Part shown: one piece after another, positions 19,690 through 30,600 of the stretch
How the letters are laid out: every line of letters starts with the position of its first letter
Position numbering within the stretch: position 1 is the first letter of the stretch
Source of the DNA: a virus
Taxonomy: Duplodnaviria; Caudoviricetes
Strand: one strand, 5' to 3'
Length of the DNA: 64,000 bases
Virus record (IMG/VR): IMGVR_UViG_3300035502_001274
Coordinates: 64,001-128,000 of that record
The notes under the pieces: generated by a model
The model's database searches: none
Told to the model about the DNA's origin: nothing
Seen by the model: the letters and a program-made list of their open reading frames with translations, nothing else
Position numbers and translations under genes: made by a program

Positions 19690-20240
19690 TGATGATATAT
19701 TTTTGAAGATGCTGTCAAATTTGGAAGCTGCGTAAAATTTTACAAAATGGCATTTTAGGCCAAAAATGTACTGTATTAAAAATCTACATCCACATATCAT
19801 ACTATAGGGTGTTAGATTAGAATGGAAGCGCGTTGAACTTGTCATTTTCAACCGCACTTTTCTTTTTTATAGAGAAATTTTGAGGTCATTTTTAGACCTC
19901 AAAATTTTCTCAGAATTTCCAATTTAGATAAAAAATCGCGTAAATTTCTATTTTATAGAAATTTACGCGGTAATTTTACCGTATTAAAATTTTATATCCA
20001 CATATTATACTATGGGGTGTTAGAATAGAATGTACGCGTGACCTTCTTTTTTGGTCACGCACGTAGAATTTAAAAATAATGAAAAATGGTTTCTTTTTGG
20101 GTTCTTTAAGAGATATAAATTTAATACAAAAATCCAGAGAAAATCCATAAAAGAAATTATAAAATCTAGAGAAATTTAGAAGAAATTTAACCTGACTAAA
20201 GAGAGAAGATCCGAAGGATCTTCTCCCTTTAAGTACATAT
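19690..20240. repeat. AT-rich non-coding region with tandem ~52-bp direct repeats and long palindromes (candidate replication origin)
   Basis: Repeats 19773-19824 and 19981-20032; inverted repeats 19872-19911 and 19937-19969 (15-bp perfect arms). Confidence 0.6.
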
Positions 20241-20341
20241 TATTTCCATGAAGGAGGTACACAAATTGTATATCCCAAGAATTTTATTGGGAACGGTAAT
20301 ATCCAAACTCTATTTTCAATAAAGAAAGGAAGTAATAATCA

Positions 20342-21670
20342 GTGGAAGCAAGTATGTGGCCCTATACCAGAGGAGCTGTAGTAGTATACAATGCACCTTT
20401 TAAGAAAGAGGTATGCGAGAGATATGGTATTTTGGCTTCTCATCCGGTATTGATTGTCAATGCAGTTACTCCAGGACCTAGAAAGAACTATCAGTGTATG
20501 ATGTGTACTTCCAAAGTTGACAAGTATCCAGGATATCGGTTCTTTATGAATGCAGCCAATCCCAAGAATAGAATGTACGATGTGATTAGATGCAATCAGA
20601 TTTTTACGATTGAGACTGCCCAGTTAGGGCAGATTATTGGATACCTTCCTCCAGCATTAGTCGAGAAATGCGTAAAGGCGTATGGTTTCGAGATTGGCTT
20701 AAATAATGAGATTCCCGAGTATTATGCCAACGATGAAACGGCTATGGGATGGCTCAATGCAGGAGAAGTCAATGTACCCAAACAGCCTGATGCCTATAAG
20801 GTTCCTGGACAGCCTGTGGGATCGCATAAGAAGATCACAGTAGCTACGGCTTATTCTCCCAGAACGACATCTGATACTCCCTTTAGTGTTGGAGGTATTA
20901 CAACCACTCAGCCTATCACTGTCGATGATGCAAGGGAGTTTATTCCAGGAGATGAAGAGACTTCTTCCAGTATGGGTGGACCCACTACAACGGTATTCTC
21001 TCAGAAATCTGTATCGGAAGAAGTTGCTGAAGAGGAAGCTGCTAGTAAGATGCCAGAAAAGGCTCAAGAAACTCCTATGGTAACAGCTCCTGAGATCAAG
21101 CAGGATGAGGTTCATATCAATGAGCCCAATGCCAAGGCTGAAGTTCATGCGTTGGCAGTGAAGGATCTGGAAGATGAACCGACTTTGGAGTTCATTTCTC
21201 ATCGGCCTGAAACCCAGCCCAATGACACGCTACTTACTCCTGAGGATAAGCAGATGATTGAGGAAACCAGACAGTATCCTTACATCAAGAAGACCGATAT
21301 CATCACCAAAGGTCTGCCTATGCTGACCATGGACGACAAGTACGATATCTGGATGGGCAGACTTTCCGGCTATGCTCTCATCAAGAGAGGCATTGCAAAC
21401 TCCTCATATGCGGCCAAGCAGCTGATGATGTATGTCAACTTTAATACCAAGACCCAAAAGGATCGTCTGGTAGATGGCGTCTATCATCACAATATCGATT
21501 TGCAGTATCTGGGCGAAGCTTATATGCTGGCATTCAGAGTGATGACCGTCAGTGATGTGCGGGATATCAAGATGGGTTTAACGGCCTACGAGACCTACGC
21601 CAAGAAGTTTGGAATGGATATTGAGAAAACCTATATTGGGGAACTTCGCAAAGCCAATCTGATCATCTAA
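20342..21670 (+). CDS. protein with N-terminal PemK/MazF-like domain
   Basis: RGAVVV...HPVLIVN...MCTSK...IRCNQIFTI...IIGYL..ALVEK pattern typical of the PemK fold; long acidic linker; helical C-terminus. Confidence 0.55.
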   Translation: MEASMWPYTRGAVVVYNAPFKKEVCERYGILASHPVLIVNAVTPGPRKNYQCMMCTSKVDKYPGYRFFMNAANPKNRMYDVIRCNQIFTIETAQLGQIIGYLPPALVEKCVKAYGFEIGLNNEIPEYYANDETAMGWLNAGEVNVPKQPDAYKVPGQPVGSHKKITVATAYSPRTTSDTPFSVGGITTTQPITVDDAREFIPGDEETSSSMGGPTTTVFSQKSVSEEVAEEEAASKMPEKAQETPMVTAPEIKQDEVHINEPNAKAEVHALAVKDLEDEPTLEFISHRPETQPNDTLLTPEDKQMIEETRQYPYIKKTDIITKGLPMLTMDDKYDIWMGRLSGYALIKRGIANSSYAAKQLMMYVNFNTKTQKDRLVDGVYHHNIDLQYLGEAYMLAFRVMTVSDVRDIKMGLTAYETYAKKFGMDIEKTYIGELRKANLII

Positions 21671-21721
21671 GGCGAAATTAAGGAAGCTTACTACCTCGTG
21701 TAGTAAGCTTCTTTTTTGATG

Positions 21722-22585
21722 TTAATGAGCGGTGGTCTTCATTTTCTTGAGATAATCGGTCATAAAAGTGCCGTTGTAGAAAGGCAGCATTGAGAAACTC
21801 TCAGCCACCCAAGGGCAGAGCTTATCAATGCGACCCAACTCTACCAGAGCATCATAGTCCACTACATGGACAGAATGCTTCTGAGGCTCTGCTGTGGTAA
21901 TGCAGTCCAGCAGATTGGCCGACGGTGTATTCTCCAAATCGACGTCCAAGAGGAATCCCAGATGAGAACTCATGGTTCCAGGGATCTCCTCAAAGATGGG
22001 AGTAATGCTGGCATAATTCGCGATCCGATCTTGGAGATCAGTGCTCAGTTGCCGCAGCATAACGGGATCTTCAATAGTGATTTCTTCCAAAGCTTCGCGC
22101 AAACCTTCCTTACGAACGCAGTCGTAGATGAAAGGCAGATTGACCCGAGTCTGCGGAGAAGACACGGTATTGGCAATGACGCTGTACTGACAATGGCCCT
22201 GTGGATAGGTGTAAGTGCCTTTCAGGTAGTTGGTGGTCGGACAGTCTTTGGCCAGCTCCAGCATAATGACCTGGGCATTGGTATGAATGCAGAGCGTTGC
22301 AACCAGCTGAACGTAGACACCGTAATATTCGATTTCCCCACGCTCTTTGCCATAGAGAGTTGCCAGAATGCTGTTAGGTGTGACACCCTTTCTGACAGAC
22401 AGGATCCGCGGAATGTCGGATCTGTGGATGCAGACCACCTTCTCATGGTTCAGATTGTAGCAGTAGTCTCTGATTGCGTAAGGAGCAGTCTCTATCTGGC
22501 AACTTTTCTTGAATAAAGAGAAAAGCTGCGCTTCATGATCCAGATTAGCCATCGTCTTCCTCCAATTCGTAAGCGTCGTAGACAT
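21722..22585 (-). CDS. Nudix-like hydrolase (YmaB/COG4112-like)
   Basis: QLVA..., YPQGH, REALEEI Nudix-box remnant, HLGF. Confidence 0.5.
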   Translation of the reverse strand: MSTTLTNWRKTMANLDHEAQLFSLFKKSCQIETAPYAIRDYCYNLNHEKVVCIHRSDIPRILSVRKGVTPNSILATLYGKERGEIEYYGVYVQLVATLCIHTNAQVIMLELAKDCPTTNYLKGTYTYPQGHCQYSVIANTVSSPQTRVNLPFIYDCVRKEGLREALEEITIEDPVMLRQLSTDLQDRIANYASITPIFEEIPGTMSSHLGFLLDVDLENTPSANLLDCITTAEPQKHSVHVVDYDALVELGRIDKLCPWVAESFSMLPFYNGTFMTDYLKKMKTTAH

Positions 22586-23021
22586 AGAGAGAATAGAACT
22601 TCTCGAAGCTGGGAATCACTTCACCATAGTTCTTCATCAGATAGGTGGTGAACTTATCCAGCATATCGAGAATCTTATCGCCGGACCCTATGGTCTCTTC
22701 CGAGATGCCCACCACGATGTAGTCCTTGGACTTCACGTTGATCTCTCCGCCATCGCCACAGACAATGATGATGAGACCAGAAATGGGCTTCAATAGGTCA
22801 GTCTTGCACATGACAGCCACAGCCATCTGGCCATTGGCGATCGCATTGCGTGCCGCCGTATTCTTGGGAAACGTTCTGTTGATGTTTCGTAAGACGTCAG
22901 CAATGCTCAGCATCGTGACATCCATATCGATCGTTGCGAAATTGATTTGTTTGACCTTCTCAGGGAAGATCTCTTTGAGCATCTGATATTTGGGATTGCT
23001 CGAATCCAGAGGCTGACCCAT
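22545..23021 (-). CDS. hypothetical protein
   Basis: AGGAGG RBS; 158 aa. Confidence 0.7.
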   Translation of the reverse strand: MGQPLDSSNPKYQMLKEIFPEKVKQINFATIDMDVTMLSIADVLRNINRTFPKNTAARNAIANGQMAVAVMCKTDLLKPISGLIIIVCGDGGEINVKSKDYIVVGISEETIGSGDKILDMLDKFTTYLMKNYGEVIPSFEKFYSLYVYDAYELEEDDG

Positions 23022-23160
23022 TGATAAGGTCCTCCTTTCAATAAACTTGATAATTCGTTTCTCAGATTATTAAGTCGTATGTTAATGGGTGATTTTCAGG
23101 CATACCGGAGATTTCCACATTTTGATAATCGGCAAAATACTTGAAAGGAGGCCATTTCTT

Positions 23161-23673
23161 ATGGTCAATTTGACACAGCATGACATGGTGAATGGTGCAT
23201 ATTGCACTTGTAGAGATTGCGAAATGACGCATCTCAAGTTCGCGCTGTTGAAGCTTTTGGAATACCTGGTCATCTTCCTGATCGGTGGCACAGTCTATGT
23301 GGGAATTGAGATCCTTTACAGGGGATACAGCCACTGGTCCATGTTTATTGTGGGCGGCATCTGCCTCATTGTCATTGGACTACTCAATGAAGGGCTCATT
23401 CCATCAAGCTGGGGCATTATCAAGCAGATGCTTCTAGGAGCTGTTATCATCACCTGCATTGAGTTCATCACAGGATGTATTGTGAACCTGGGACTTGGAC
23501 TGAATGTTTGGGACTACAGCAATCTGCCGTTGAATATCGCTGGGCAGATTTGCTTGCCTTTCTCCATCATCTGGTTCTTCCTGAGTTATGTAGCAATCAG
23601 AGTTGATGATGAGATCCGTTATCGCTTCTTTGGAGAGGCCAAACCCAAATACGTTCTCTGGAGCACCAAATGA
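23161..23673 (+). CDS. putative ABC-transporter type IV (CmpB-like) membrane protein
   Basis: GG.VY.GIE..YRGYSHWSMF..GG, WDYS..P.N..GQICL.FS..W signature. Confidence 0.75.
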   Translation: MVNLTQHDMVNGAYCTCRDCEMTHLKFALLKLLEYLVIFLIGGTVYVGIEILYRGYSHWSMFIVGGICLIVIGLLNEGLIPSSWGIIKQMLLGAVIITCIEFITGCIVNLGLGLNVWDYSNLPLNIAGQICLPFSIIWFFLSYVAIRVDDEIRYRFFGEAKPKYVLWSTK

Positions 23674-23729
23674 GATCAAAAAAAAGAGACTACTACCATG
23701 ATTGGTAGTAGTCTCTTTCACGGGCCCGC

Positions 23730-24083
23730 TCAACGGCGTTCTGCCCGAAGTTTATAGACCCGGTCCTGGCCGGCCCGCTTCATGGATGCGCACCACATGA
23801 AGTCGAGGCCGCCGATGGTGCAGCCTTCCTCAAAATCATAATTATCCCGTCTGGTATCGCGGGCGAATCGATCATAGCATTCCAAGGCATAATCCTTGTC
23901 TTCACCGGTAATGCCAGCCACTTCGAGAGCTGCGGTGGTTGCTTTCTTCAGCTCGTCAAGTGAGGTGGTCTTTGCTTTCTTTATCAATTTTGAGCTCATT
24001 GATAATTCACTCCTTACTAATATAAAGTAAAGTATAGATGTGTCAGTTCCAGTGTTAAAATTTAATACAGATTTAGCTCTCAA
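23730..24083 (-). CDS. hypothetical protein (start probably near 23999)
   Basis: AAGGAG upstream of MSSKL. Confidence 0.55.
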   Translation of the reverse strand: MRAKSVLNFNTGTDTSILYFILVRSELSMSSKLIKKAKTTSLDELKKATTAALEVAGITGEDKDYALECYDRFARDTRRDNYDFEEGCTIGGLDFMWCASMKRAGQDRVYKLRAERR

Positions 24084-24354
24084 TGTAGGCGACTGTCAGA
24101 CGATAGTATCGAGGGAAAGTTGGCGGCAAGTCTATACTGGCGGTAAACATGAAGCCATAGCCGCCTGCAAAGCTTGCCCATTTCTCAGTATCATCTTCAG
24201 AGTATCTTGCGCGGAAAAGGAAATAGCGATAATCGAGATATACATGAAGTTTCTGAATGAAATTGAGCTTGGACTTTCGGAGACACTGATGAAATAACGT
24301 CTTGAACTTCCTACGAGACAGATTATCTTTCCTTACCATGACAGTGGGTTTCAT
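24073..24354 (-). CDS. hypothetical protein
   Basis: AAGGAG RBS; 93 aa. Confidence 0.55.
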   Translation of the reverse strand: MKPTVMVRKDNLSRRKFKTLFHQCLRKSKLNFIQKLHVYLDYRYFLFRARYSEDDTEKWASFAGGYGFMFTASIDLPPTFPRYYRLTVAYIES

Positions 24355-24412
24355 AATACACTCCTTTCTTGATGAAAATGAAGCTACTACCTTTGATGGT
24401 AGTAGCTTCGCC

Positions 24413-24844
24413 TTAGGTTAAGTAGAGATCGGAAAGGGACTTGATGCGCTCAATGGCTTGGGCCGGTGTATGGCCGTCAAACTCGGGCGCTCTTTCCAAC
24501 TCCTTGCACTGAAACATATCCCAATATGGATCCACATCGTAATGATATGTGGCCTGGCCCTGTGGGGTCTCGATACCCACGATGAACATGCCGTCATACA
24601 TGGGTTCATTTGGATCATTGTGTTGCTTGGACTTCCAGGCCAGTTCTCTGAAAATGGGGTTATTCACCAACGTTGCAAAGAGAATGGCCCGGTGATGATA
24701 GAGCTCATTGAAAGTATGATAGCCGTCAGAGACTTCTCCCACTTCATAACCAGCATCTTTAGCTCTACTGATGATCTTGCTGATCGATTCCGCAGTGTAA
24801 GGGTTGGGAGCAGCCATCTTTTGGCTGAAATCATCGAAACTCAT
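24413..24844 (-). CDS. conserved phage protein (WDGH-like domain)
   Basis: SDGYHTFNELYHHR...AWKSK.H...FIVGI.TP.GQATYH...FDGHT. Confidence 0.7.
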   Translation of the reverse strand: MSFDDFSQKMAAPNPYTAESISKIISRAKDAGYEVGEVSDGYHTFNELYHHRAILFATLVNNPIFRELAWKSKQHNDPNEPMYDGMFIVGIETPQGQATYHYDVDPYWDMFQCKELERAPEFDGHTPAQAIERIKSLSDLYLT

Positions 24845-24871
24845 GTCAGATTGGTCCTTTCTGTAGTGATG

Positions 24872-25648
24872 TTAACTAGCAATGCCCGTGGATAGAGTCT
24901 CCTGGGGAGGTAATGGCGCCGGCTCTTCACCGGCTTCAATCTCCCGCTGACGGGCCAAAGCATCTTTCCATTCCTCCGGAACTTCAGGATAGTTAAATCC
25001 ATCCACTTCCACATAGGTTACCAGAGGGTTATCCAAGATGTCCGATTGTATCTTATTGCACTTCCGTGAAAGGTCCACCTTGAGCTGGATAATCTCTTTC
25101 ACGTAGTCACTAATCCAGGGTTCATACTCGTTGGCAAACAGATCGTATCTTTGATAGATATACTGCAGAGGCAGTGCAATCCGATCAGAGTGTACCAGTT
25201 CATGAGCAGTCACCGACAGAGGAATGAGTCCAACCCAGCCCTTGTAGTGCAGGTCCATGATCTCGTCCGCAATCAGATAGGGGCTCAGAGATTCATCCAA
25301 GTCCTGCCGCTTACTAATCACCGTATCGGTAATCCAAGAGAGCTGGAACGGCTCATGATGGATCTCGATGGAGTATTTCTTCCCGTTTCCATTGACGATG
25401 CCCGGAAACACTTCGCAGTGGGACATGTCAAAGTGCTCTTTGAGATACTTAATGTAATCTCTATATTCGTCAGAGGATCGCACGATACGTTCCACCTTGG
25501 TGACGAACTTGCGACGTTCTCTGGCGCTTCTATCCATGAAGCGAGGACGCTCTGGTCCCTCTTCAATCTGGATGTTAAGGGTCTGCCTTTCCCGCTCTAC
25601 ACGGGGCTTTGTGGCTTTGCTATTTCGATAGAGTACCATCACACTCAC
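24872..25648 (-). CDS. HNH-like fold protein, paralog of 5120-5800
   Basis: VERIVRSSDEY..C...IEIHHEP...AHELVH. Confidence 0.55.
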   Translation of the reverse strand: MSVMVLYRNSKATKPRVERERQTLNIQIEEGPERPRFMDRSARERRKFVTKVERIVRSSDEYRDYIKYLKEHFDMSHCEVFPGIVNGNGKKYSIEIHHEPFQLSWITDTVISKRQDLDESLSPYLIADEIMDLHYKGWVGLIPLSVTAHELVHSDRIALPLQYIYQRYDLFANEYEPWISDYVKEIIQLKVDLSRKCNKIQSDILDNPLVTYVEVDGFNYPEVPEEWKDALARQREIEAGEEPAPLPPQETLSTGIAS

Positions 25649-25734
25649 CTCACATTAAAAACGGCTTCTACGAAAAATAGCTTACGTAGATGTCGTGAGT
25701 TACTGATGTCTGACGGAGCACTTTTTGAAATTTG

Positions 25735-25862
25735 AGGCACTTTTCATTTTCGTGAAACATCTAAGAAATGTTTGTAGTCTTGCCCGCCCGCTCCTTAATC
25801 CTCTATATAAGGTTGAATGCGCCGCAGGCGAGCGCGCCGCCTGCGGCGGCTTAAGCGCCTTC
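25735..25862 (+). other. conserved ~125-nt cassette leader element (copy 3)
   Basis: Shares motifs with 52191-52317 and 52676-52799; GC hairpin GCCGCAGGCG/CGCCTGCGGC. Confidence 0.5.
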
Positions 25863-26375
25863 ATGGCCAACGGAATTTTAGTGCCATTTAACGGCAGTAC
25901 TAATGGTGATGTGCAAAGTATCACCACGTCATATAGCGTATCTGCTACGGTTACGGGAGTTACATCTCTGAGTACTGGCAATAAAGGATCGACACGAGTC
26001 AGCATCAAGTCATTTGATAGTGTCGATGCAGATATTGCTATAATTACAATGCCGCAATTATCGGTTGCTGGTACAACATATTTCAGGTCCGATAATACGC
26101 AGTCTACAGTATGCTTATATTGGGAAATTACAAATTACAGTAGTTCATATACAAGTAGCAAGAGCAATATCGTTACGTATACGACAAATGGAGCATCTGC
26201 AACATTAACAGTTCCATCGTTTCGACTGATGATTACGCATACAACTAGCCCAATCGCAATCTATATCGTTGTGTATTGGACAAGCACGGCTTCGGGAGAT
26301 CGGTATGGCGGTGGATTTACTGCAAAGACATCGTCCAATATCACATTTAATTGCCGGCTGATCACTTTTGCATGA
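25863..26375 (+). CDS. Ser/Thr-rich beta-strand protein, tail-fibre/receptor-binding tip-like
   Basis: AT-richer codon usage than neighbours, S/T/Y-rich, no RBS next to ATG, own terminator 26378-26414. Confidence 0.5.
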   Translation: MANGILVPFNGSTNGDVQSITTSYSVSATVTGVTSLSTGNKGSTRVSIKSFDSVDADIAIITMPQLSVAGTTYFRSDNTQSTVCLYWEITNYSSSYTSSKSNIVTYTTNGASATLTVPSFRLMITHTTSPIAIYIVVYWTSTASGDRYGGGFTAKTSSNITFNCRLITFA

Positions 26376-26422
26376 ACTAAAGGAGACTAGAACCTTCTAG
26401 GTTCTAGTCTCTTTAAGTCGCC

Positions 26423-27136
26423 TTAGAGCATCGCTCTCGTGGGAATGCAAAAGCCAGTATTGGCAGCTTCGGCGTACTCTTCGGTACAGCCGTAGTTATT
26501 GGGCACGATCCGCCCAGTCCACTGGCTATTCAGCGCTCCACATTCTCTGCCAGTCAATCCACCATAGAAGGTGCAATTGTATGGCATGTGAATCTGGTCA
26601 TAGTGATCGGTGGAGGTCATCAACTTGGTGAGCTTTTCGGCGTCCATGTACATGCAGAAGACGATATAGGAATCATCTCGGCAGACATAGATGTCATAGA
26701 AGCGATGATTTTCATCCCTACTGGAGCTCAACTTGAACTCAATGGTGGTTCCTCCAATATCACTTGCCAGATAGTTATTGGTCATCTGTGCCATCTCAAA
26801 GAGGACGTTGGCAGGTGTGGTCGCGATGTGCTCTGGATAGTACCACTTCACAGACTTCTTGATCTTCATGAGATCGGTCACCAGCCGGAAAACATCAGAG
26901 ATGAAAAGTACGTCCATGGACGGCACTATCAGCTTAATACGCTGGAAGCTCATGTGGGAAGCCAGAGCGAAGGCCTCCTTATAGCAGCCAGGCGTTAACA
27001 GGATCAGAATCAGCTCTTGCTGGTTCTCATCCGTGATTGCATAAATGCTGTCCCCATAACACCTCAGGTCCGAGTAGGGCTCTCGATAAATACCGATATA
27101 CCCTGCTGTGCATAATGTAGACATGAGAAATGTCAC
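26423..27136 (-). CDS. hypothetical protein
   Basis: 237-aa ORF, AAGGA RBS. Confidence 0.65.
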   Translation of the reverse strand: MTFLMSTLCTAGYIGIYREPYSDLRCYGDSIYAITDENQQELILILLTPGCYKEAFALASHMSFQRIKLIVPSMDVLFISDVFRLVTDLMKIKKSVKWYYPEHIATTPANVLFEMAQMTNNYLASDIGGTTIEFKLSSSRDENHRFYDIYVCRDDSYIVFCMYMDAEKLTKLMTSTDHYDQIHMPYNCTFYGGLTGRECGALNSQWTGRIVPNNYGCTEEYAEAANTGFCIPTRAML

Positions 27137-27170
27137 ATCCTTTCACTAAGCAGATAAACTACCTCGTGCG

Positions 27171-27536
27171 TTACAGGGGTGTTTTAGTGGAGCCGTTATA
27201 GGAGGACTCTCCCTTCATGTAGGGCGCTACCATGATGCGCAGTTTATCGCCCAGCTTCACCGTGCCAACCAGGCCGTTCTCATAGACGACCTCAATGCGC
27301 TCTTCGCAGGTCTCCACATCTCTGATGATGCCCACGGACTTGACGGCATTGACCATCATATCAATGTCGGCCCAATCTGCCGTCAGAGGCTGATCTGTCA
27401 CGCCATTGATATCCATGAAGAAGTTCACGGTGGGATTGACCGGCCGGTCATCAATCAGCACGATGGTATTTTCGCATCCACGATACTGGTTGGTGGTGCC
27501 AATTCTGGTAGAGTTCAGGATAATTTCATGATTCAT
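27171..27536 (-). CDS. hypothetical protein
   Basis: GGGAGG RBS before MNHEII. Confidence 0.65.
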   Translation of the reverse strand: MNHEIILNSTRIGTTNQYRGCENTIVLIDDRPVNPTVNFFMDINGVTDQPLTADWADIDMMVNAVKSVGIIRDVETCEERIEVVYENGLVGTVKLGDKLRIMVAPYMKGESSYNGSTKTPL

Positions 27537-27678
27537 AATACTTACCTCCCTTAAAAGTTGGAATACCATGTTGTCATCACGGATCTACCTAAAGAGTATG
27601 TCTCTTAAAGTGCGGAGAAATACGTCCAAAAAACACCCTCATAACGTCACAACGTTCAGAAAGGGTGACTCTAATCTT

Positions 27679-30600
27679 ATGGCAAATCCGGATATTTCCG
27701 CGAAGTCATTTCTGAATGAGTTGATGGACATCTCCCTTCATCTGATTTGGAAAGATCCGTATTATGTGGTGGCCAATGAGTCGGCAGAGACCAAGATGGA
27801 AGCCGAAGCCTATGTGGCTGCTCGTAATGGCGATCTCTATTTTAACTCGGTTTACCAGTTTCATGAAGAAGTTCTTCAGGGATTCTTTCCCGATCCGGAT
27901 GAATTGGCCATTGTGCTTCTCAATAAGAGAATGATTCCCGATGAGCTGCGAGATGCCATCGTTCAAGCTGAAGCAGAATATCTGATCGACTATTGGGAGA
28001 ATAGAGATGGTGAGACCAACGCCTACTATAGAATGCTGTTTGGTCTGCCTCCCATAGACACCGATGAGTCTGATTATGTCTATAATACCCGTTACGCTGA
28101 TATCGATATGACCACGCCCATCCATAAGCTGCCCTACACAGAGCGGCTGAAGTTGGAGAATCGTGGCTATCTGGACGAGCTGATGGCCGAAGAGGCCAAC
28201 GCTGATAAACTCTATCTCAAATACCTCGGCAAATATCGCATCTATCCCTATGTGGCACGGCAAGCTGAAAACTTCCAGCTGCTCTATGTGCAACCTTCCA
28301 ACTACGACTACCTGCGCAATGACTTCATCGATACTTATGAAGAAGCACGGAGAATGGTGATTCGTGTCTATTACAATGACGCCTATCGCAATAACTCCCA
28401 CCTCTATGAGGGCTTCTTGGGCATGTGCATTCTCTTCATTACCCAGCAGCGAATGTATGCCAAGTATCTGGAAGCCGATGTGGACCGGAACTTCTATGAC
28501 CTTCAGTCCTTGAAGCTGGTCTACGATGCGTATGGGATGCCCTTCTACTCATCCATTCCTTTGAAGTATCATGAGAAGATCGTGAAGCACATGAATGAGC
28601 TCATCTCTTATAAGGGCTCTACGCAAGTCTTCTACGACCTTTTCGATCTATTTGACTTCGGTAAAATGGACGTCTTTGAATACTTCTTGGTGAAGGAACG
28701 TAAAACAGATAGCGACGGCAATCCTGTCTTCCGGGACAAGGACGGCAATGCACTGTCTGAAGAGGATAAATGGAACCTGCGCTTCGCCAAAGTGGGATGG
28801 AAAGATAACAAGTTCGTCGAGGTCACTGACCCTGACAATGTCGTGGAGTATGACAAGTTGACGACCGTCGATCCTTACTGGGTTGAAGATAGCAACTTGA
28901 AGAAGAAGCTCTATGAGAGCGACTGGAACTATTTCCATTCCAAGTACATGGGCGTTCAGCTGATGTTTGAGCTGTCCAAACTTCTCTTTGAGATGTGCTA
29001 CTTCCTGCATTTGCTGGAAGATAATCGCTCTACGCTCAGCAAGTTGACTACCTACTACTCCATGATTGCCGAAGATGTACCCATCTTTGATATGGTGATC
29101 TACACCATCGCCGTGATGTGCAAGAATGCTGGCTATACTGGAGAAATTCCGTCCGACCCAGCGTCCGTTGCTGCCATATACGGCTTCAACTTCAAGGAAT
29201 ATAACTCCTTGATGAAGATGGGCACTGAAGACATGTCTGATTTTGTGGTCAACTTCAAGAAAGAATGCACCGACTTTGCCAAAGCCAATGCTGCTCTGGC
29301 TGCCGATGATACACTTCTCTGGTTGATTGATCACATTACAGGAGGCGCATTCAACTACCTGGGAGATGATTTCCCCTATAACGAATGGGGATATGCTCCC
29401 AGTCCTGTCTTTTTGAAGGATTACTGGCCGACCCGCAATAGTGTGGAAGCCGTTCGATCCTACCTCAAGGGAACCATTGACGTCCTGAAAAGTGACGCCA
29501 CTCTGTCTGAGTTTGAAATCATTCAGCTCTATCAGAGGCTGGTTACCAAAGACAACTATGAATTCAAAGTCCTGACGGATCCTTCCTTGGGAGACCAGGG
29601 ATATGAGACATTCTTGCTCAAGAATAGGGACTTTGATGAAGAGGACGTGCAAACTCTGCGCAATGCAGTGATTGCATCCTATGAGCACATGCTTGCCTGG
29701 ATGATCAAGTTGCTTGATACCCGGAGAGCGCTCACCTATGATCCTCATATTATGGAGCTCATCAATAACATGAACGTGGATAGCGTCGATGACGTTGATC
29801 GGCTCTATAAGAATATGGAAGAGCTGGACGAGTACCTGTCCTATAGAATTAGAAAGGCCCAGCATAAGGACGAATATGAAGCCTTTGCCAATCTGCGAAA
29901 GATCTTGATGACCACCCATCTGGTGACTGAGACCTTCACCAAGCGGAATGGAGAAGTGGCTTCCACCTATGAAGACCTTCTGCAGGATATCAACTCCACG
30001 CTCTATAATAGACTCAATAACGATGACCTGGATATGGAGACGGAAGAGCAATATGCCATCCAGACGCTAATGAAGCTCTGTGATGATCTGGAACTGATGG
30101 AAAGTATGAATACAGATAACATCAGAAGGATCGTCGAGCATCTCTTCAAGATTCTGGCCTTCATCAAGTCTGCCAAAGTAGACCTGACAGAGTTCCAGAT
30201 CATCTACCTCATCACTGATAGAGGCATGAACTATATCAAACTCATTGGTGAGCTCTGGGAGCAAGATGTTACACATCTGCCCTGGAAGGTCGATCCCGAT
30301 AAGTTCTATCTGTTGGATAATGGAATGCCCTGGGCTATCTTTATCGTCCAGTATTTCTTAGACAGAGTTTATTTGGTAGACCAAAAACATGCCATGAAAG
30401 TCCAGTACTTGCTGACTTCCAGCTTCGAAGATTTGACAGATTTGCTCCTTCAAAATGTGGAGCAGTATGGCTACTCTTCCCTGGAATATCTCTTTGACTG
30501 GTTGCATGACGAAGTCCTGCATATCAAGGTACTGGAAGATGCGCGGTTCTTTGAACTCATCAAGACCGACACAGAAGGCATGACACCCACCAGTGACTTT

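Noticed and set aside
25725-25862. N-terminal 46-aa extension of ORF 25725-26375
   Set aside because: TTG start without RBS; region is the structured leader element, although the frame is open
26423-27136. Metallo-beta-lactamase-like fold
   Set aside because: Only vague resemblance; no HxHxDH motif
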